Below are positions 1-10,130 of a stretch of 64,000 nucleotides of DNA, piece by piece. The DNA comes from a virus (lineage: Duplodnaviria; Caudoviricetes). The DNA lies in the IMG/VR virus record IMGVR_UViG_3300032332_001507, positions 30,178 through 94,177 of that record; one strand, 5' to 3'. A program made the translations under genes and the position numbers. The notes below the pieces were generated by a model. It had not been told where the DNA came from. It ran no database searches and worked only from the letters and a program-made list of their open reading frames with translations. How positions within the stretch are numbered: position 1 is the stretch's first letter; the number at the start of each line of letters is the position of its first letter.

Positions 1-2
1 GA

Positions 3-329
3 AACTGGTTATATGCTGGTGATACTGCTAATGCTGTTATCACTTTAATTGAAAAAGGACAAATAGGTGAAATATACAATGTAGCAGGTGGATTTGAACA
101 GCAAAATATTGATACTATTTCTACAATAATTGAAACATATTATAGAGCACAATTGCCCTATGAAATTATAGAAGAACATATAGACTTCACCTACAACAGA
201 CCAGGAATGGATGTTAGATATGCTTTAGATGATTCTAAAATTAAAGCGCTAGGTTGGAAGCCTAAAGCAGATTTTAATTACGTTATTATAGAAATGGTTA
301 ATTATTATAAAAATAAATTTATATGGTAA
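3..329 (+). CDS. rfbB: dTDP-glucose 4,6-dehydratase-like, C-terminal part (truncated by window edge)
   Basis: Frame 3 reads NWLYAGDTA...GEIYNVAG...RPGMDVRYALDDSKIKALGWKP, typical RmlB C-terminus. Confidence 0.75.
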   Translation, partial: NWLYAGDTANAVITLIEKGQIGEIYNVAGGFEQQNIDTISTIIETYYRAQLPYEIIEEHIDFTYNRPGMDVRYALDDSKIKALGWKPKADFNYVIIEMVNYYKNKFIW

Positions 330-940
330 ATCTAAAAAAACGAATAGTTGAAATAGCTTATAAAAATAAATTAGGACATTTAGGAAGCTATCTCTCTAGT
401 GTAGATATTGTAGATGAAATTTATTCTAAAATGGATAAAGACGATATTTTTATCTTATCATCAGGACATGCTTCATTAGCAATGTATGTTTGTATAGAAA
501 AATATTTTGGTATTGACGCTGAAATGTTATTTCTAAAACATGGAGGCCACCCCCACCGTGATGAAGAAAATAAAATACACTGCTCTACAGGTAGTTTAGG
601 CTTAGGTTTACCTATAGCACTAGGTAGAGCCTTAGCTAATCCAAATAAAAAAGTGTGGGTATTAATTAGTGATGGTGAAGCAGCTGAAGGAAGTATTTGG
701 GAATCACTTAAAACCATTCAAGAATTAAATATTAATAATATTGAGGTTTTTGTTAATATAAATGGTTTATGCGCATACAAAGAAGTAGACATGGATTATA
801 TGACAACTAGACTTAAAGCATTTTTACCTCGAATTGAATTAAGATATACAACTGTAGAACAGTACCCATTTTTAAAAGGACTTAATGCCCACTACCATGT
901 AATGTCAGAAGAAAATTATAAACAAGCAATGGAATCATGA
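323..940 (+). CDS. Transketolase-like ThDP-binding (N-terminal) subunit
   Basis: GHLGS, LSSGH, STGSLGLG, SDGEAAEG...N ThDP-binding motifs. Confidence 0.85.
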   Translation: MVNLKKRIVEIAYKNKLGHLGSYLSSVDIVDEIYSKMDKDDIFILSSGHASLAMYVCIEKYFGIDAEMLFLKHGGHPHRDEENKIHCSTGSLGLGLPIALGRALANPNKKVWVLISDGEAAEGSIWESLKTIQELNINNIEVFVNINGLCAYKEVDMDYMTTRLKAFLPRIELRYTTVEQYPFLKGLNAHYHVMSEENYKQAMES

Positions 941-1413
941 GAAAACTATTTGCACAATTATTGCACTCTGAAATGCAGAATAACCCAGATGTATATTTAA
1001 TCACGGGTGATTTAGGATATGGATTATGGGATAAAATTCGTGATAATTTTCCAACCCGATTCTACAATGTAGGATCTTCTGAAATGGCTATGATGGGAGC
1101 GGGTATAGGTTTAGCTATGGAAGGGAAAATACCTTATGTTTATTCTATCACTCCATTTGCTATTTATAGACCATTTGAAATGATCCGTAACTATGTAGAT
1201 CATGAAAAATTACCAGTAAATATTATTGGTGGGGGTAGAGACAGAGAATACGGATATTTAGGTTTCTCTCATTGGTCAGATGATGATAAACGTATTATGG
1301 GAGTATTTGATAATATTAAAACATATCATCCCGAAACTGAAGAAGAACTACAAAACTTTTTTAAATATACTACTCAAAGGAATTATCCAATTTATTTAAA
1401 TCTAAAACGATGA
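937..1413 (+). CDS. Transketolase-like pyrimidine-binding subunit (no C-terminal domain)
   Basis: TGDLG, RFYNVGSSEMAM, RPFEMIR, GFSH motifs; overlaps previous gene by ATGA. Confidence 0.85.
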   Translation: MRKLFAQLLHSEMQNNPDVYLITGDLGYGLWDKIRDNFPTRFYNVGSSEMAMMGAGIGLAMEGKIPYVYSITPFAIYRPFEMIRNYVDHEKLPVNIIGGGRDREYGYLGFSHWSDDDKRIMGVFDNIKTYHPETEEELQNFFKYTTQRNYPIYLNLKR

Positions 1414-2180
1414 AAATATTAATTACCGGGGGTAACGGTTATATAGCTAAAAGTTTATATAACGCATTTAAGGATAAATATGAAGTAACATCTATCACAA
1501 GACAAGATTTTGATTTAATCAACCAATTTGAAACAGCAAAGTATTTTTCAGATAAATATTTTGATGTGGTTATTCACTGTGCTGTAAGTGGTGGGAGTAG
1601 ACTTAAACAAGAGACTTGGAAGGATATGGATAATAATCTTAAAATGTATTATAATCTATTAAATTGTAAAAATAAATTTGGAAAATTAATACACTTTGGA
1701 TCAGGAGCAGAAACAAATGCTCCTGAAACTCCATATGGTTTAAGTAAAAAAGTCATAGCAAATTCTATTTCTGAGATAGATAACTTTTATAATATTAAAA
1801 TATTTGGAGTATTTGATGAGAATGAATTAGATACTCGTTTTATTAAAGGAAATATTAAACGTTATATAAATAAAGAATCCATGATTATTCATCAGGATAA
1901 GTTTATGGACTTTTTCTATATGAAAGATTTGATTTCTTTAGTAGATTATTATATTACTAATAATATGCCTAAACAAATAGATTGCTCATATACAGGTTTA
2001 TATAAATTATCTGAAATAGCTAATATAATCAATGAATTAGATGATTATGAAGTAGACATTCAAATTAAAGAAGAAGGAATGTCTATGTCGTATTATGGAG
2101 TAGCTAATGTATTAATAGAATATATAGATTTAAAAGAGGGAATTAAAGAAGTTTATAATAAATTAAAAAATGAATATTAA
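1410..2180 (+). CDS. NAD-dependent epimerase/dehydratase (extended SDR)
   Basis: ITGGNGYIA Rossmann motif, YGLSK catalytic motif. Confidence 0.85.
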   Translation: MKILITGGNGYIAKSLYNAFKDKYEVTSITRQDFDLINQFETAKYFSDKYFDVVIHCAVSGGSRLKQETWKDMDNNLKMYYNLLNCKNKFGKLIHFGSGAETNAPETPYGLSKKVIANSISEIDNFYNIKIFGVFDENELDTRFIKGNIKRYINKESMIIHQDKFMDFFYMKDLISLVDYYITNNMPKQIDCSYTGLYKLSEIANIINELDDYEVDIQIKEEGMSMSYYGVANVLIEYIDLKEGIKEVYNKLKNEY

Positions 2181-3102
2181 GATTACTTATCATATAATGC
2201 CTTGGGAAATAGATTATGCATTACTCACATTCACTCAGCTAAAAAAATCTAAATATTATTTACCATCAGATGTAAACATCACTATAGATAGTGCTTTAAA
2301 CTTATCATCTTATTTAATCAATTGGGAAGAAAGTAAATTACCAAAAGAATATTTTATAGAAAAATATAAACAGTTATCTTTATTATTAAAAGATTATAAT
2401 CATAATCCTAAAATATATGATGGTAATGAATTATACGGTCATTTAGATTTACAAAGAGATTGCATCTCTCCCGAAATAGATTATTATATGGGCATATGCC
2501 CAGACATGTATTTTAGTGAGCATTTATTATCTTATTTAATGCAAGCTGCTCAATCAATACCTAATAAATATTTTATATTGACTACCCAAATCGGAAGATT
2601 ATGGGATGCGTCTTGGGATGTGTTAACACATGAAAAATTTAATGACTATAACTATGAAAATTGGGAAACCAGTTTAGATATATTTGATATAGATAATTAT
2701 TTACATACTACTCAAGAAAACATTAGTGTATCTCCAATTAATCAATTTAAATGGGCAGGGTGGTTTGATTTATATAATAAGGCATTTTTTGAAGAAATCG
2801 CCCCCGTTCCTCAAGATTGGAAAGGATATGGAGGTTGGGATTTATATTCCATGCATTCATCTTATTTTCTTAAAGAAAATTTAAATCAAGATGTCCAGCA
2901 GTATGTTTTAAATAATCAAATAGTATTTCCTTACGGAGTAGGTCCATTAAGAGTAGAAAATTTAGATGGGTTTATGGTAGATTATTATAGAAAGTTAATG
3001 GTAAAAAATGATTTAAAATACACTCAAAGTAAAGAATTCAACCAAAAAGTACCTTTATTTATCCAACAAAATATAGATAATTTAATTTCTAAATTCAAAT
3101 GA
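2170..3102 (+). CDS. Hypothetical protein, possible glycosyltransferase
   Basis: 310-aa ORF inside sugar cluster; CPD and GYGGWD segments resemble GT-A motifs. Confidence 0.4.
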   Translation: MNIKITYHIMPWEIDYALLTFTQLKKSKYYLPSDVNITIDSALNLSSYLINWEESKLPKEYFIEKYKQLSLLLKDYNHNPKIYDGNELYGHLDLQRDCISPEIDYYMGICPDMYFSEHLLSYLMQAAQSIPNKYFILTTQIGRLWDASWDVLTHEKFNDYNYENWETSLDIFDIDNYLHTTQENISVSPINQFKWAGWFDLYNKAFFEEIAPVPQDWKGYGGWDLYSMHSSYFLKENLNQDVQQYVLNNQIVFPYGVGPLRVENLDGFMVDYYRKLMVKNDLKYTQSKEFNQKVPLFIQQNIDNLISKFK

Positions 3103-4034
3103 AAATTTTATATTTAACAGACATAAACTATAATGGTGTGACGTCTGGTTTCCAAATGGGTCCTAGACCTCCTATGAGTTGGATATCAGGACTAAATTCA
3201 TATCATTGTAGTTATTCAAATATAGATAATATTCCATATGATAATTTTGACATAACAATATTGGGATGTCTTCATGAAAATGTAGACATACTAAATATAG
3301 ATATAATAAATAAAGTTAAAAAGATATCTAAAAAACTACTATTTCAGCATGATAGTGATCACAGATATTTTTATAAAAATAATAACATATTGCGTAGTTA
3401 TATGTTAAATTTTATTATTATAAATGTAGATGGAATATTAACTCACAATGATTTAGATAAAAAATATTACGAAAATTTATATAGAAAACCATGTTTTCAT
3501 CATAAGCAACTACTATTAGACATTTACAATCAGTTAGAACTACCTAATGTGAAAGAAGGTTTTGTATTGGGAGGGGTAGAAGATAGATATGGAACACTAG
3601 ATGGTTATATGTTACTTCAAGATTATCCACTAGAAAAAATATACCATTTTGGAAATACAAACACACAAATTCCTAATCTAAATGTAATTCCAAATGACTT
3701 TGACTATAAAAACTTCAGCCAATCTTTAACTAAATTTAAAATAGCCCTTAATCTAACTCCTTTAGCAATAGGAGGTTCATTCCCACTACAGTGTGCTATG
3801 GTAAAAACTCCATGCATTGGATGGGATAATTCAAATCCCCATAAAGAATGTTTTCCTGACTTAGTTGTTGAATATGGTAATTTTGAAGAATTAAGGTCAA
3901 TTCTAAACAAACTGACAAGTGATTCTGAGTTCTATAATCATGTAGTTGAAAACGCTCGTGATACATTTATCAAAAATTTCTCTTCAGTAGAAAAATATAA
4001 AGAAGATATGATTAAAATTTTTAACCAAATTTAA
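3099..4034 (+). CDS. Putative GT-B-fold glycosyltransferase
   Basis: MKILY start, KIALNL...PLQCAMVKTPCI C-terminal domain, cluster context. Confidence 0.55.
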   Translation: MKILYLTDINYNGVTSGFQMGPRPPMSWISGLNSYHCSYSNIDNIPYDNFDITILGCLHENVDILNIDIINKVKKISKKLLFQHDSDHRYFYKNNNILRSYMLNFIIINVDGILTHNDLDKKYYENLYRKPCFHHKQLLLDIYNQLELPNVKEGFVLGGVEDRYGTLDGYMLLQDYPLEKIYHFGNTNTQIPNLNVIPNDFDYKNFSQSLTKFKIALNLTPLAIGGSFPLQCAMVKTPCIGWDNSNPHKECFPDLVVEYGNFEELRSILNKLTSDSEFYNHVVENARDTFIKNFSSVEKYKEDMIKIFNQI

Positions 4035-4040
4035 AAACAA

Positions 4041-4859
4041 ATGGATGATATTTCAATATTTGGTGGAACAGGATTTGTAGGATCAGTATTTCATAAAAGA
4101 TACCCAAACTCAATTGTTATGGGTAGAGATGAAACAAATCCTATTACTAACAATGTTTTGTATTTAATAAGTACTGTTGACAACTACAATGTATTAACTA
4201 ATCCTCACATTGATATAGAAACCAATTTAGTCCACCTAATGAAGGTACTTGAGAACTGTAAAGATAGAGATATCACATTCACATTTGTCAGTTCATGGTT
4301 TGTGTATGGTAAAACAGAACTACCAGCAAACGAAAATTCAATATGTAATCCTAAAGGATTTTATTCTATAACTAAACATACCGCTGAACAACTGTTAGAA
4401 TCATATTGTAAAACATTTGGAATTAAGTACAAAATTATTAGATTAGGAAATGTAGTAGGAAAAAGTGATAATAAAGTATCTAAAAAGAAAAATGCACTTC
4501 AATTCTTATTAAATGAAATAAAAGAAAATAATAAAATAAATTTATATAATAAAGGTCAATTTTACAGAGATTATATAGACGTTGAAGATGTAGCAGATGG
4601 TATTAAATTCATTATAGATAATGGCAAAAACAACGAGATATATAACCTGGCATCTGGGTTACCAATACTATTTAAAGATATTATTGACTATGCTTATGCT
4701 CAATTAAACTCAACAAGTGAAGTAGGAGTAATGGAACCAACTGATTTTCATAAATTAGTTCAAGTTGAGTCTATGTATCTTGATACTACAAAATTAAATA
4801 ATTTAGGTTTTAAACCTTCTAAAAATATTTACCAAATAATAGATAATTTAATAAAATGA
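4041..4859 (+). CDS. NAD-dependent epimerase/dehydratase
   Basis: FGGTGFVG, SSWFVYG, YSITK, RDYIDVED. Confidence 0.85.
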   Translation: MDDISIFGGTGFVGSVFHKRYPNSIVMGRDETNPITNNVLYLISTVDNYNVLTNPHIDIETNLVHLMKVLENCKDRDITFTFVSSWFVYGKTELPANENSICNPKGFYSITKHTAEQLLESYCKTFGIKYKIIRLGNVVGKSDNKVSKKKNALQFLLNEIKENNKINLYNKGQFYRDYIDVEDVADGIKFIIDNGKNNEIYNLASGLPILFKDIIDYAYAQLNSTSEVGVMEPTDFHKLVQVESMYLDTTKLNNLGFKPSKNIYQIIDNLIK

Positions 4860-5770
4860 TATCATTAGTTATACCTACTATAAGTAGAACTCGAGAGTAT
4901 ACTGACGCTCTTATTAAAAATATTAGAGAAATTTATCCCAATGAAAGTGAAGTAGAGATTATTGTTGAAGAAAATGACAATGTAACTATGGGAGTAAATT
5001 ACAACAATGCTGTGGCTAAGGCTAATGGTGAAAAAATTATCCTACTCCATAACGATATGATTCTCAAACCAGGATTTATTGAAACTATGGATAAGCACAT
5101 TGTTAAAAATAGAATAGTAACTTATACCAGAGTTGAACCACCCATCTACACTGATACCTATCCAGGTAAAGTGTTACTCGATTGTGGTAGAGATTTAAAT
5201 TCTCTTGATAAAGAAAAATTTTATAATTTACCATTAGGAGAAGAATTACAAGATGGAGGTTCTCAATTATTTTTTGGATGTTACAAAGAAGACTACATTG
5301 GGATTGATGGATATACTTTTAAATTATTCTGTGAAGATGATGACTTTCATCTTAGATGTGATGTAGCTGGGTTAGAGAGAAAAGTAAGTCCGGCTCAAGT
5401 ATATCATTTTGTAAGTAAAACATCTCGTACTACTACTGATTACCAACAAATAGAACAACAGTCAAATGTAAATTTTGTTAAAAAATGGGGTTTTAGAAAT
5501 TCTATGTATAAGGTTGTTTATAAAAAATCTGTAGTGATACACAATTCAAATCCCCAACTAGAGCAAATTCTAGAACCATGGTTTAATGGAGGAAAAGACA
5601 TAATTATTGAAGTAAATGGAAATATGTTTACTCAAGATGATTTTAACATTATCCAACAACTAAATGATATTGTTAAACAGAATGGAGAAATAGGAACATT
5701 TGAATTAAATAATTTAAAAATCACTATTAATTCAATGGACGAATATCAAGATTCTCTTATTAAAATTTAA
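4856..5770 (+). CDS. Glycosyltransferase family 2
   Basis: ISLVIPT, LLHNDM, CEDDDF, VYHF motifs. Confidence 0.8.
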   Translation: MISLVIPTISRTREYTDALIKNIREIYPNESEVEIIVEENDNVTMGVNYNNAVAKANGEKIILLHNDMILKPGFIETMDKHIVKNRIVTYTRVEPPIYTDTYPGKVLLDCGRDLNSLDKEKFYNLPLGEELQDGGSQLFFGCYKEDYIGIDGYTFKLFCEDDDFHLRCDVAGLERKVSPAQVYHFVSKTSRTTTDYQQIEQQSNVNFVKKWGFRNSMYKVVYKKSVVIHNSNPQLEQILEPWFNGGKDIIIEVNGNMFTQDDFNIIQQLNDIVKQNGEIGTFELNNLKITINSMDEYQDSLIKI

Positions 5771-5771
5771 T

Positions 5772-5802
5772 TTGGTTTTTTAATTTTTTAACCGTATATT
5801 TA
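5772..5802 (+). promoter_or_regulatory. Early-type promoter
   Basis: TTGG-N17-CGTATATTTA. Confidence 0.75.
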
Positions 5803-5807
5803 CAAAC

Positions 5808-5981
5808 ATGGATTACGAATATAAAGACTATTATTTTTATGCCAACAACGACGCATTTAGAGAGCCAATTGGGACTTGTGCTGCGGGTACACTAGGTATA
5901 GCTGTAACTCACTTCGCTTCAATGAAAGCATTAAGTACAGAAGAATTTTTAAAAATTTATTCAGTAGGTATCAAAAAATGA
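5808..5981 (+). CDS. Hypothetical 57-aa protein (not in ORF track)
   Basis: MDYEYKDYYFYANN...VGIKK; directly after promoter, stop overlaps next ATG. Confidence 0.65.
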   Translation: MDYEYKDYYFYANNDAFREPIGTCAAGTLGIAVTHFASMKALSTEEFLKIYSVGIKK

Positions 5982-6361
5982 GTTTAAGTAATTTTGGTAA
6001 ACTAAAGATTAGTAAACGAAATCGATCTCAAGGTAAGGATACGTTTATTGAAACAGTAATCTTATTAGAACACTGTTGGTTAAGAACTAATTTTTTACAT
6101 GAGGAAGTAAAAATTGATTTATGGAATTATGAAGAAAGTTACTATAAAGTAATCGAGAATTTAATCTTTATGCACTATTCAGAAGAGGTAGCTAATCTAA
6201 TTCTATGGTATGTATATGATAGATTCGACGCAGATGGTAAAATCTTAGGGTTAGACATAACATTCCCAGGTAAAGAGTCAAAGCGTTTTATCCTTAAATC
6301 ACCAACTGACCTTTGGAATCTAGTAGAAAAAATAAATAAATCAAATAGTAAAGAAAAATGA
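5978..6361 (+). CDS. Hypothetical protein (start revised to ATG 5978)
   Basis: ATGA coupling with upstream ORF. Confidence 0.6.
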   Translation: MSLSNFGKLKISKRNRSQGKDTFIETVILLEHCWLRTNFLHEEVKIDLWNYEESYYKVIENLIFMHYSEEVANLILWYVYDRFDADGKILGLDITFPGKESKRFILKSPTDLWNLVEKINKSNSKEK

Positions 6362-6729
6362 GTAGACAATGTAAAACATGTGGGATTGATATTGACCCAA
6401 GAAGAATTGCGATTTTACCTCATACACAAACCTGTACCCAACATTCAGTAGCTGAAAAGAAAGTAGCTATGACTGTTCAAATGGGTGAAGGTGATCATAC
6501 GTGGATTGAAACATATGCTATAGATAGAGATGTGTATGATCAGATTCAGTCAATAGAGAAAAAATATAAAGAACCAATCACCCCAGAAGACAAACCTGAG
6601 GTAGTTCATATAGATGAAGATGATTTTACAGTATGGGATGAAACATTACTAGACGGACTAGACGAGGATGAATTCCCAGATGTAGAAGAATTGTTGAATA
6701 ACGATGATTACACAGAAGATGAAGACTAA
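6358..6729 (+). CDS. TraR/DksA-type zinc-finger protein with acidic tail
   Basis: CKTCGIDIDPRRIAILPHTQTCTQH matches CxxCGxxIxxxRxxxxPxxxxCxxC with last C replaced by H. Confidence 0.65.
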   Translation: MSRQCKTCGIDIDPRRIAILPHTQTCTQHSVAEKKVAMTVQMGEGDHTWIETYAIDRDVYDQIQSIEKKYKEPITPEDKPEVVHIDEDDFTVWDETLLDGLDEDEFPDVEELLNNDDYTEDED

Positions 6730-7370
6730 TGTCTAGAGCTAAATCAATAACTAAAGAAATGGTCCTCAGCGCAATGGATAAAACAAAATCCGTTCGCGCT
6801 GCGGCTCGTTACTTAAATTGCTCTTATCAACATCTTAAAAAGTACATGAAAATGTATAAAGATGAAAATGGAGTTTCGTTATTTGAGGTACATAAGAATC
6901 AATGTGGAAAAGGCATCCCTAAATTTTTATCTAATTCCCAATTTAGCAAAAACGACCCAGCTATACTTGATGTTATTGAAGGTAGAGTAGATGCATCTCA
7001 CTTTAACCCTCAGAAGTTAAAGTATAGGATGATAACAGATGGTTACTTAAAGGAAGAATGTGCTAATTGCGGCTTCCATGAAAGACGAGTTTCTGATTAT
7101 AAAACCCCACTAATAATGCACTTCAAAGACGGTAATAAACAACATTATGGTCTTAACAATATTGAAATGCTTTGTTATAATTGTTATTACTTAATGGTTG
7201 GGGACGTATTTGATAATAAACAACTCGATGGGTTGGAAGACCATAAACCAACATATAGTAGCCAAGTTGATTGGGAGTTAGATGATTATACCAAACAAAG
7301 ATTAATAGAATTAGGACTTGAAAAACCAAAACCAATAGAAGATGGATCTGAGTTTATTAGTAGACTTTAA
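6729..7370 (+). CDS. HTH + HNH-like zinc-binding protein
   Basis: N-terminal SVRAAARYLNCSY HTH; CANC...HFKDGNKQH..LNNIEMLCYNC HNH-like core. Confidence 0.65.
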   Translation: MSRAKSITKEMVLSAMDKTKSVRAAARYLNCSYQHLKKYMKMYKDENGVSLFEVHKNQCGKGIPKFLSNSQFSKNDPAILDVIEGRVDASHFNPQKLKYRMITDGYLKEECANCGFHERRVSDYKTPLIMHFKDGNKQHYGLNNIEMLCYNCYYLMVGDVFDNKQLDGLEDHKPTYSSQVDWELDDYTKQRLIELGLEKPKPIEDGSEFISRL

Positions 7371-7373
7371 TCA

Positions 7374-7381
7374 ATATTTAT
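7374..7381 (+). promoter_or_regulatory. Late-type promoter motif
   Basis: ATATTTAT upstream of ATG 7390. Confidence 0.55.
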
Positions 7382-7389
7382 AAATAAAA

Positions 7390-7548
7390 ATGAAGAGGAG
7401 TAAGAGACATCAAGACGTAGTGAATGATTACGATGTGATCAAATCAAAACATCTTGATAAGTTAGCTACAAAAATGTTAGCTAATGACGAGAAAATGAGT
7501 AAATTAAAGGAGAAAGAAATTGATCCTAAATTTTTAAATTTATTTTAA
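7390..7548 (+). CDS. Hypothetical 52-aa protein (not in ORF track)
   Basis: MKRSKRHQDVV...FLNLF; fills gap, TAATG coupling. Confidence 0.6.
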   Translation: MKRSKRHQDVVNDYDVIKSKHLDKLATKMLANDEKMSKLKEKEIDPKFLNLF

Positions 7549-7898
7549 TGATGGCAACAGAAATCAATTTAAATAGCAGTGAGGAATTTCAGGAAATGAT
7601 TGACCGAAAAGATTTCACAATTGCCAAAGCGGTTGTAGAATCAATTTTATCTAATTTAAATGGCCGTAAAAAACATGTTCATGTCCTATCAGTTAACTGT
7701 TTAGAAGAGGCATCAACATTTGATATTACTTTAGATAGAAAGTATTTCGCTGAAACACTACAAGAGAACCTTAAATACTATGTGGAACAAGAGTTATATG
7801 AAGATTGTTCTAAAATAGTAGAAGCTATAAACACACTAAAAGAAAAAGAAACACATGGCAGCAAAAGCAAAGACAAACACAACAAAAGCGTTTACTAA
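7548..7898 (+). CDS. Hypothetical protein with UVR-like motif
   Basis: YVEQELYEDCSKIVEAI resembles UvrB/UvrC coiled-coil motif. Confidence 0.5.
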   Translation: MMATEINLNSSEEFQEMIDRKDFTIAKAVVESILSNLNGRKKHVHVLSVNCLEEASTFDITLDRKYFAETLQENLKYYVEQELYEDCSKIVEAINTLKEKETHGSKSKDKHNKSVY

Positions 7899-7998
7899 AA
7901 AATCAAGAAAAAAAAGACCTGGAGTACATTCAAAATGTAAATACAGCAAATTAAAATCAAGTAAGTTATATAAAAAAATAAATCGAGGACAAGGTTAA
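7855..7998 (+). CDS. Small highly basic protein, 47 aa (not in ORF track)
   Basis: MAAKAKT...KKRPGVHSK...KINRGQG. Confidence 0.6.
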   Translation: MAAKAKTNTTKAFTKKSRKKRPGVHSKCKYSKLKSSKLYKKINRGQG

Positions 7999-8012
7999 TT
8001 AAATTAAAAGTT

Positions 8013-8174
8013 ATGAGTAAAAACAGTGTACAACAAAACTACAACAGCCTAAAAGATTATATTCTAGCAGCTGAAAACGGACGTAAAAGAAAACAACGCC
8101 CCGTTAAAAAAGAAAAATTCATCAAAACAGCAAACCACCCAGCTTTGCGTTATGAAGATGAAAACGAAGGATAA
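8013..8174 (+). CDS. Hypothetical 53-aa protein (not in ORF track)
   Basis: MSKNSVQQ...; AAAAGTTATG start context shared with other genes. Confidence 0.5.
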   Translation: MSKNSVQQNYNSLKDYILAAENGRKRKQRPVKKEKFIKTANHPALRYEDENEG

Positions 8175-8335
8175 TATATGGGAATATTTTGAGTCTATAC
8201 CCGATAAATACTTAGTTTTATTAGCTGAGTTAGATTGGGAAGGGTTAAAAACATTCTGTATGTTATTAACATTAGACAAACAAATACAAGCCGAAGCAGA
8301 GCAAAAAAGAGAGAGTCAAATTCCTAGTTAAGGAT

Positions 8336-8366
8336 TTGGCTCTTAATTTTTTTAGTCGTATATTTA
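8336..8366 (+). promoter_or_regulatory. Early-type promoter
   Basis: TTGG-N17-CGTATATTTA. Confidence 0.75.
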
Positions 8367-8374
8367 TCTCATAA

Positions 8375-8632
8375 ATGAAGGTTATGAGAAAAATAGGACA
8401 AATGACAAATGCTTGGAAAATAGCATTAGAATTAATTAAGCAAAACAAGACTGATGAAGCTGTAGAGGCTTTAGATAAATGCTTATTAATAGCCGCTATG
8501 GCTGACGAGCGAGGAGAAACTTACTTAGATGGAAAGTCCCTCGACTTATGGAAAATGAGAGTCTGGGTTAAAATCGAAGACTTAGGAGTACTACCAGAAG
8601 GAAATGAATGGTATGAGATCCAAGAAGCGTGA
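8375..8632 (+). CDS. Hypothetical protein
   Basis: ORF following promoter. Confidence 0.6.
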   Translation: MKVMRKIGQMTNAWKIALELIKQNKTDEAVEALDKCLLIAAMADERGETYLDGKSLDLWKMRVWVKIEDLGVLPEGNEWYEIQEA

Positions 8633-8825
8633 TTATGGGGTTGAGCTCCCTCCCCCATTTATAATAATGAATCAACAATGTCAAGTATGGACTGGTCTTC
8701 GAGATGGAGGAAAACGAGCAGTATTTTCAAATAATTTAGACGAAGCTAAACCCCTGCACTATGATATTCAATTTAATAAAGTGCAGGGGGTAGTATATGA
8801 AAATTTAGAAAAAATTTATTTATGA
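8604..8825 (+). CDS. Hypothetical protein
   Basis: Tiled ORF. Confidence 0.5.
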   Translation: MNGMRSKKRDYGVELPPPFIIMNQQCQVWTGLRDGGKRAVFSNNLDEAKPLHYDIQFNKVQGVVYENLEKIYL

Positions 8826-9160
8826 ATTTAATAATAGGAATGCTGCTCGGAATGACAGCTCAGTTTTTAACATTTATCCAATTACAAGGTAGATGGAAGT
8901 TTGATTGGATGAAAGAAAATCCATGGTGGATGGTTTTATTAGGATTACCTATCTCATATCTATTTATGGGCTCAGTAAAGCATATGGTTGAGTACTTTGA
9001 TGGACAATTATGGCCATCTAGATTAATAGGATTTGCAATTGGAACTATTGTGTTCACATTCATGTCAGTACTTTGGTTTAATGAACCAATTAATACTAAA
9101 ACAGGAGTTTGCATATGTTTAAGTATTTTAATTTTATTGATACAATTATTCTGGAAATAG
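8822..9160 (+). CDS. Small 4-TM membrane protein (DMT/SMR-like)
   Basis: Four hydrophobic segments in 112 aa; WFNEPI..K before last helix. Confidence 0.6.
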   Translation: MNLIIGMLLGMTAQFLTFIQLQGRWKFDWMKENPWWMVLLGLPISYLFMGSVKHMVEYFDGQLWPSRLIGFAIGTIVFTFMSVLWFNEPINTKTGVCICLSILILLIQLFWK

Positions 9161-9173
9161 GGTATGTATATAC

Positions 9174-9389
9174 ATGCAGGAGTTATTTCAAAGTCATATA
9201 TCCAAAATAAACAAGATTATTAATTCTTGCACCACAGTCGAACATATAGAGTCAGCTAAACAGGTTATAAAAAACTTTATTGATTATTGGAAAATAAAAA
9301 ACATAAGTGTTAAAACATTAAGACATTATTTACACCATTTTAATACATTAATATATTTTAAATTAAGAGTAATTAACTACAATGAGTAA
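9174..9389 (+). CDS. Hypothetical protein
   Basis: Tiled ORF. Confidence 0.5.
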   Translation: MQELFQSHISKINKIINSCTTVEHIESAKQVIKNFIDYWKIKNISVKTLRHYLHHFNTLIYFKLRVINYNE

Positions 9390-9572
9390 CGAAGAACGAA
9401 TAGAAGAAATACTTTATCAAGCTCACGCCGCAGGGGATGTAGAAGAATTTTATAATTTGGTAAATGAATATCAATCTAAAAATCAAGACCGATCAAAACG
9501 ACTAATTGATTTTTATGAAATGGCTCATTTTAGATTAAAATTTAATAGGTAATAAAATCTTCATTTAAATAG

Positions 9573-9603
9573 TTGGATTTCCATATTTTTAATCGTATAT
9601 TTA
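9573..9603 (+). promoter_or_regulatory. Early-type promoter
   Basis: TTGG-N17-CGTATATTTA. Confidence 0.75.
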
Positions 9604-9887
9604 TAGCATAATTAAAACACATGGAAAAGAAAACATTAAACGGATTAAGTGAGCGACACGTGGCCCAAATCATCAGACGAAAGATGATACAAAGATGCAA
9701 ACCATCAGCTAAAACTTATAAACGCGAAAAATACAAATATGGCGAAGAATAAAATGTTTTGGGTCCGTTTTCCAAATGAAAGTGAATATCAAGAAATTAA
9801 ACTTGATATAGATAAATTTGAAAGGAGAAGTGAGTGTGATAATGAGGTGTTTGGATGGTATGATGGAACTTATATTAATGTTAAAAA

Positions 9888-10130
9888 ATGAAACAGTTAT
9901 ATTTTTACAATGGTGAAGTATATGTTATATTAAGAGCACTTAATGCTAGCTATCTTTATAATAAAGCTGGGGAGTTTAGAAGAGACTTATTACATTTGTG
10001 GAAAGAGGGAGTAGGTGCAGATCATGTTTTAAAAACTGAGTCTCATTTTCTATTATGTGAAACAATTAAAGAACCCGAATGGGAGGAAATTCATGAACAA
10101 GAAGAGAGTATATCGGAATCTAGTTCTTAG
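9888..10130 (+). CDS. Hypothetical protein
   Basis: Tiled ORF. Confidence 0.55.
   Translation: MKQLYFYNGEVYVILRALNASYLYNKAGEFRRDLLHLWKEGVGADHVLKTESHFLLCETIKEPEWEEIHEQEESISESSS

Noticed and set aside
6729-7370. HNH protein (and the GIY-YIG gene at 58965) as intron-encoded homing endonucleases
   Set aside because: Both are free-standing and interrupt no gene; mobility cannot be supported from the sequence.
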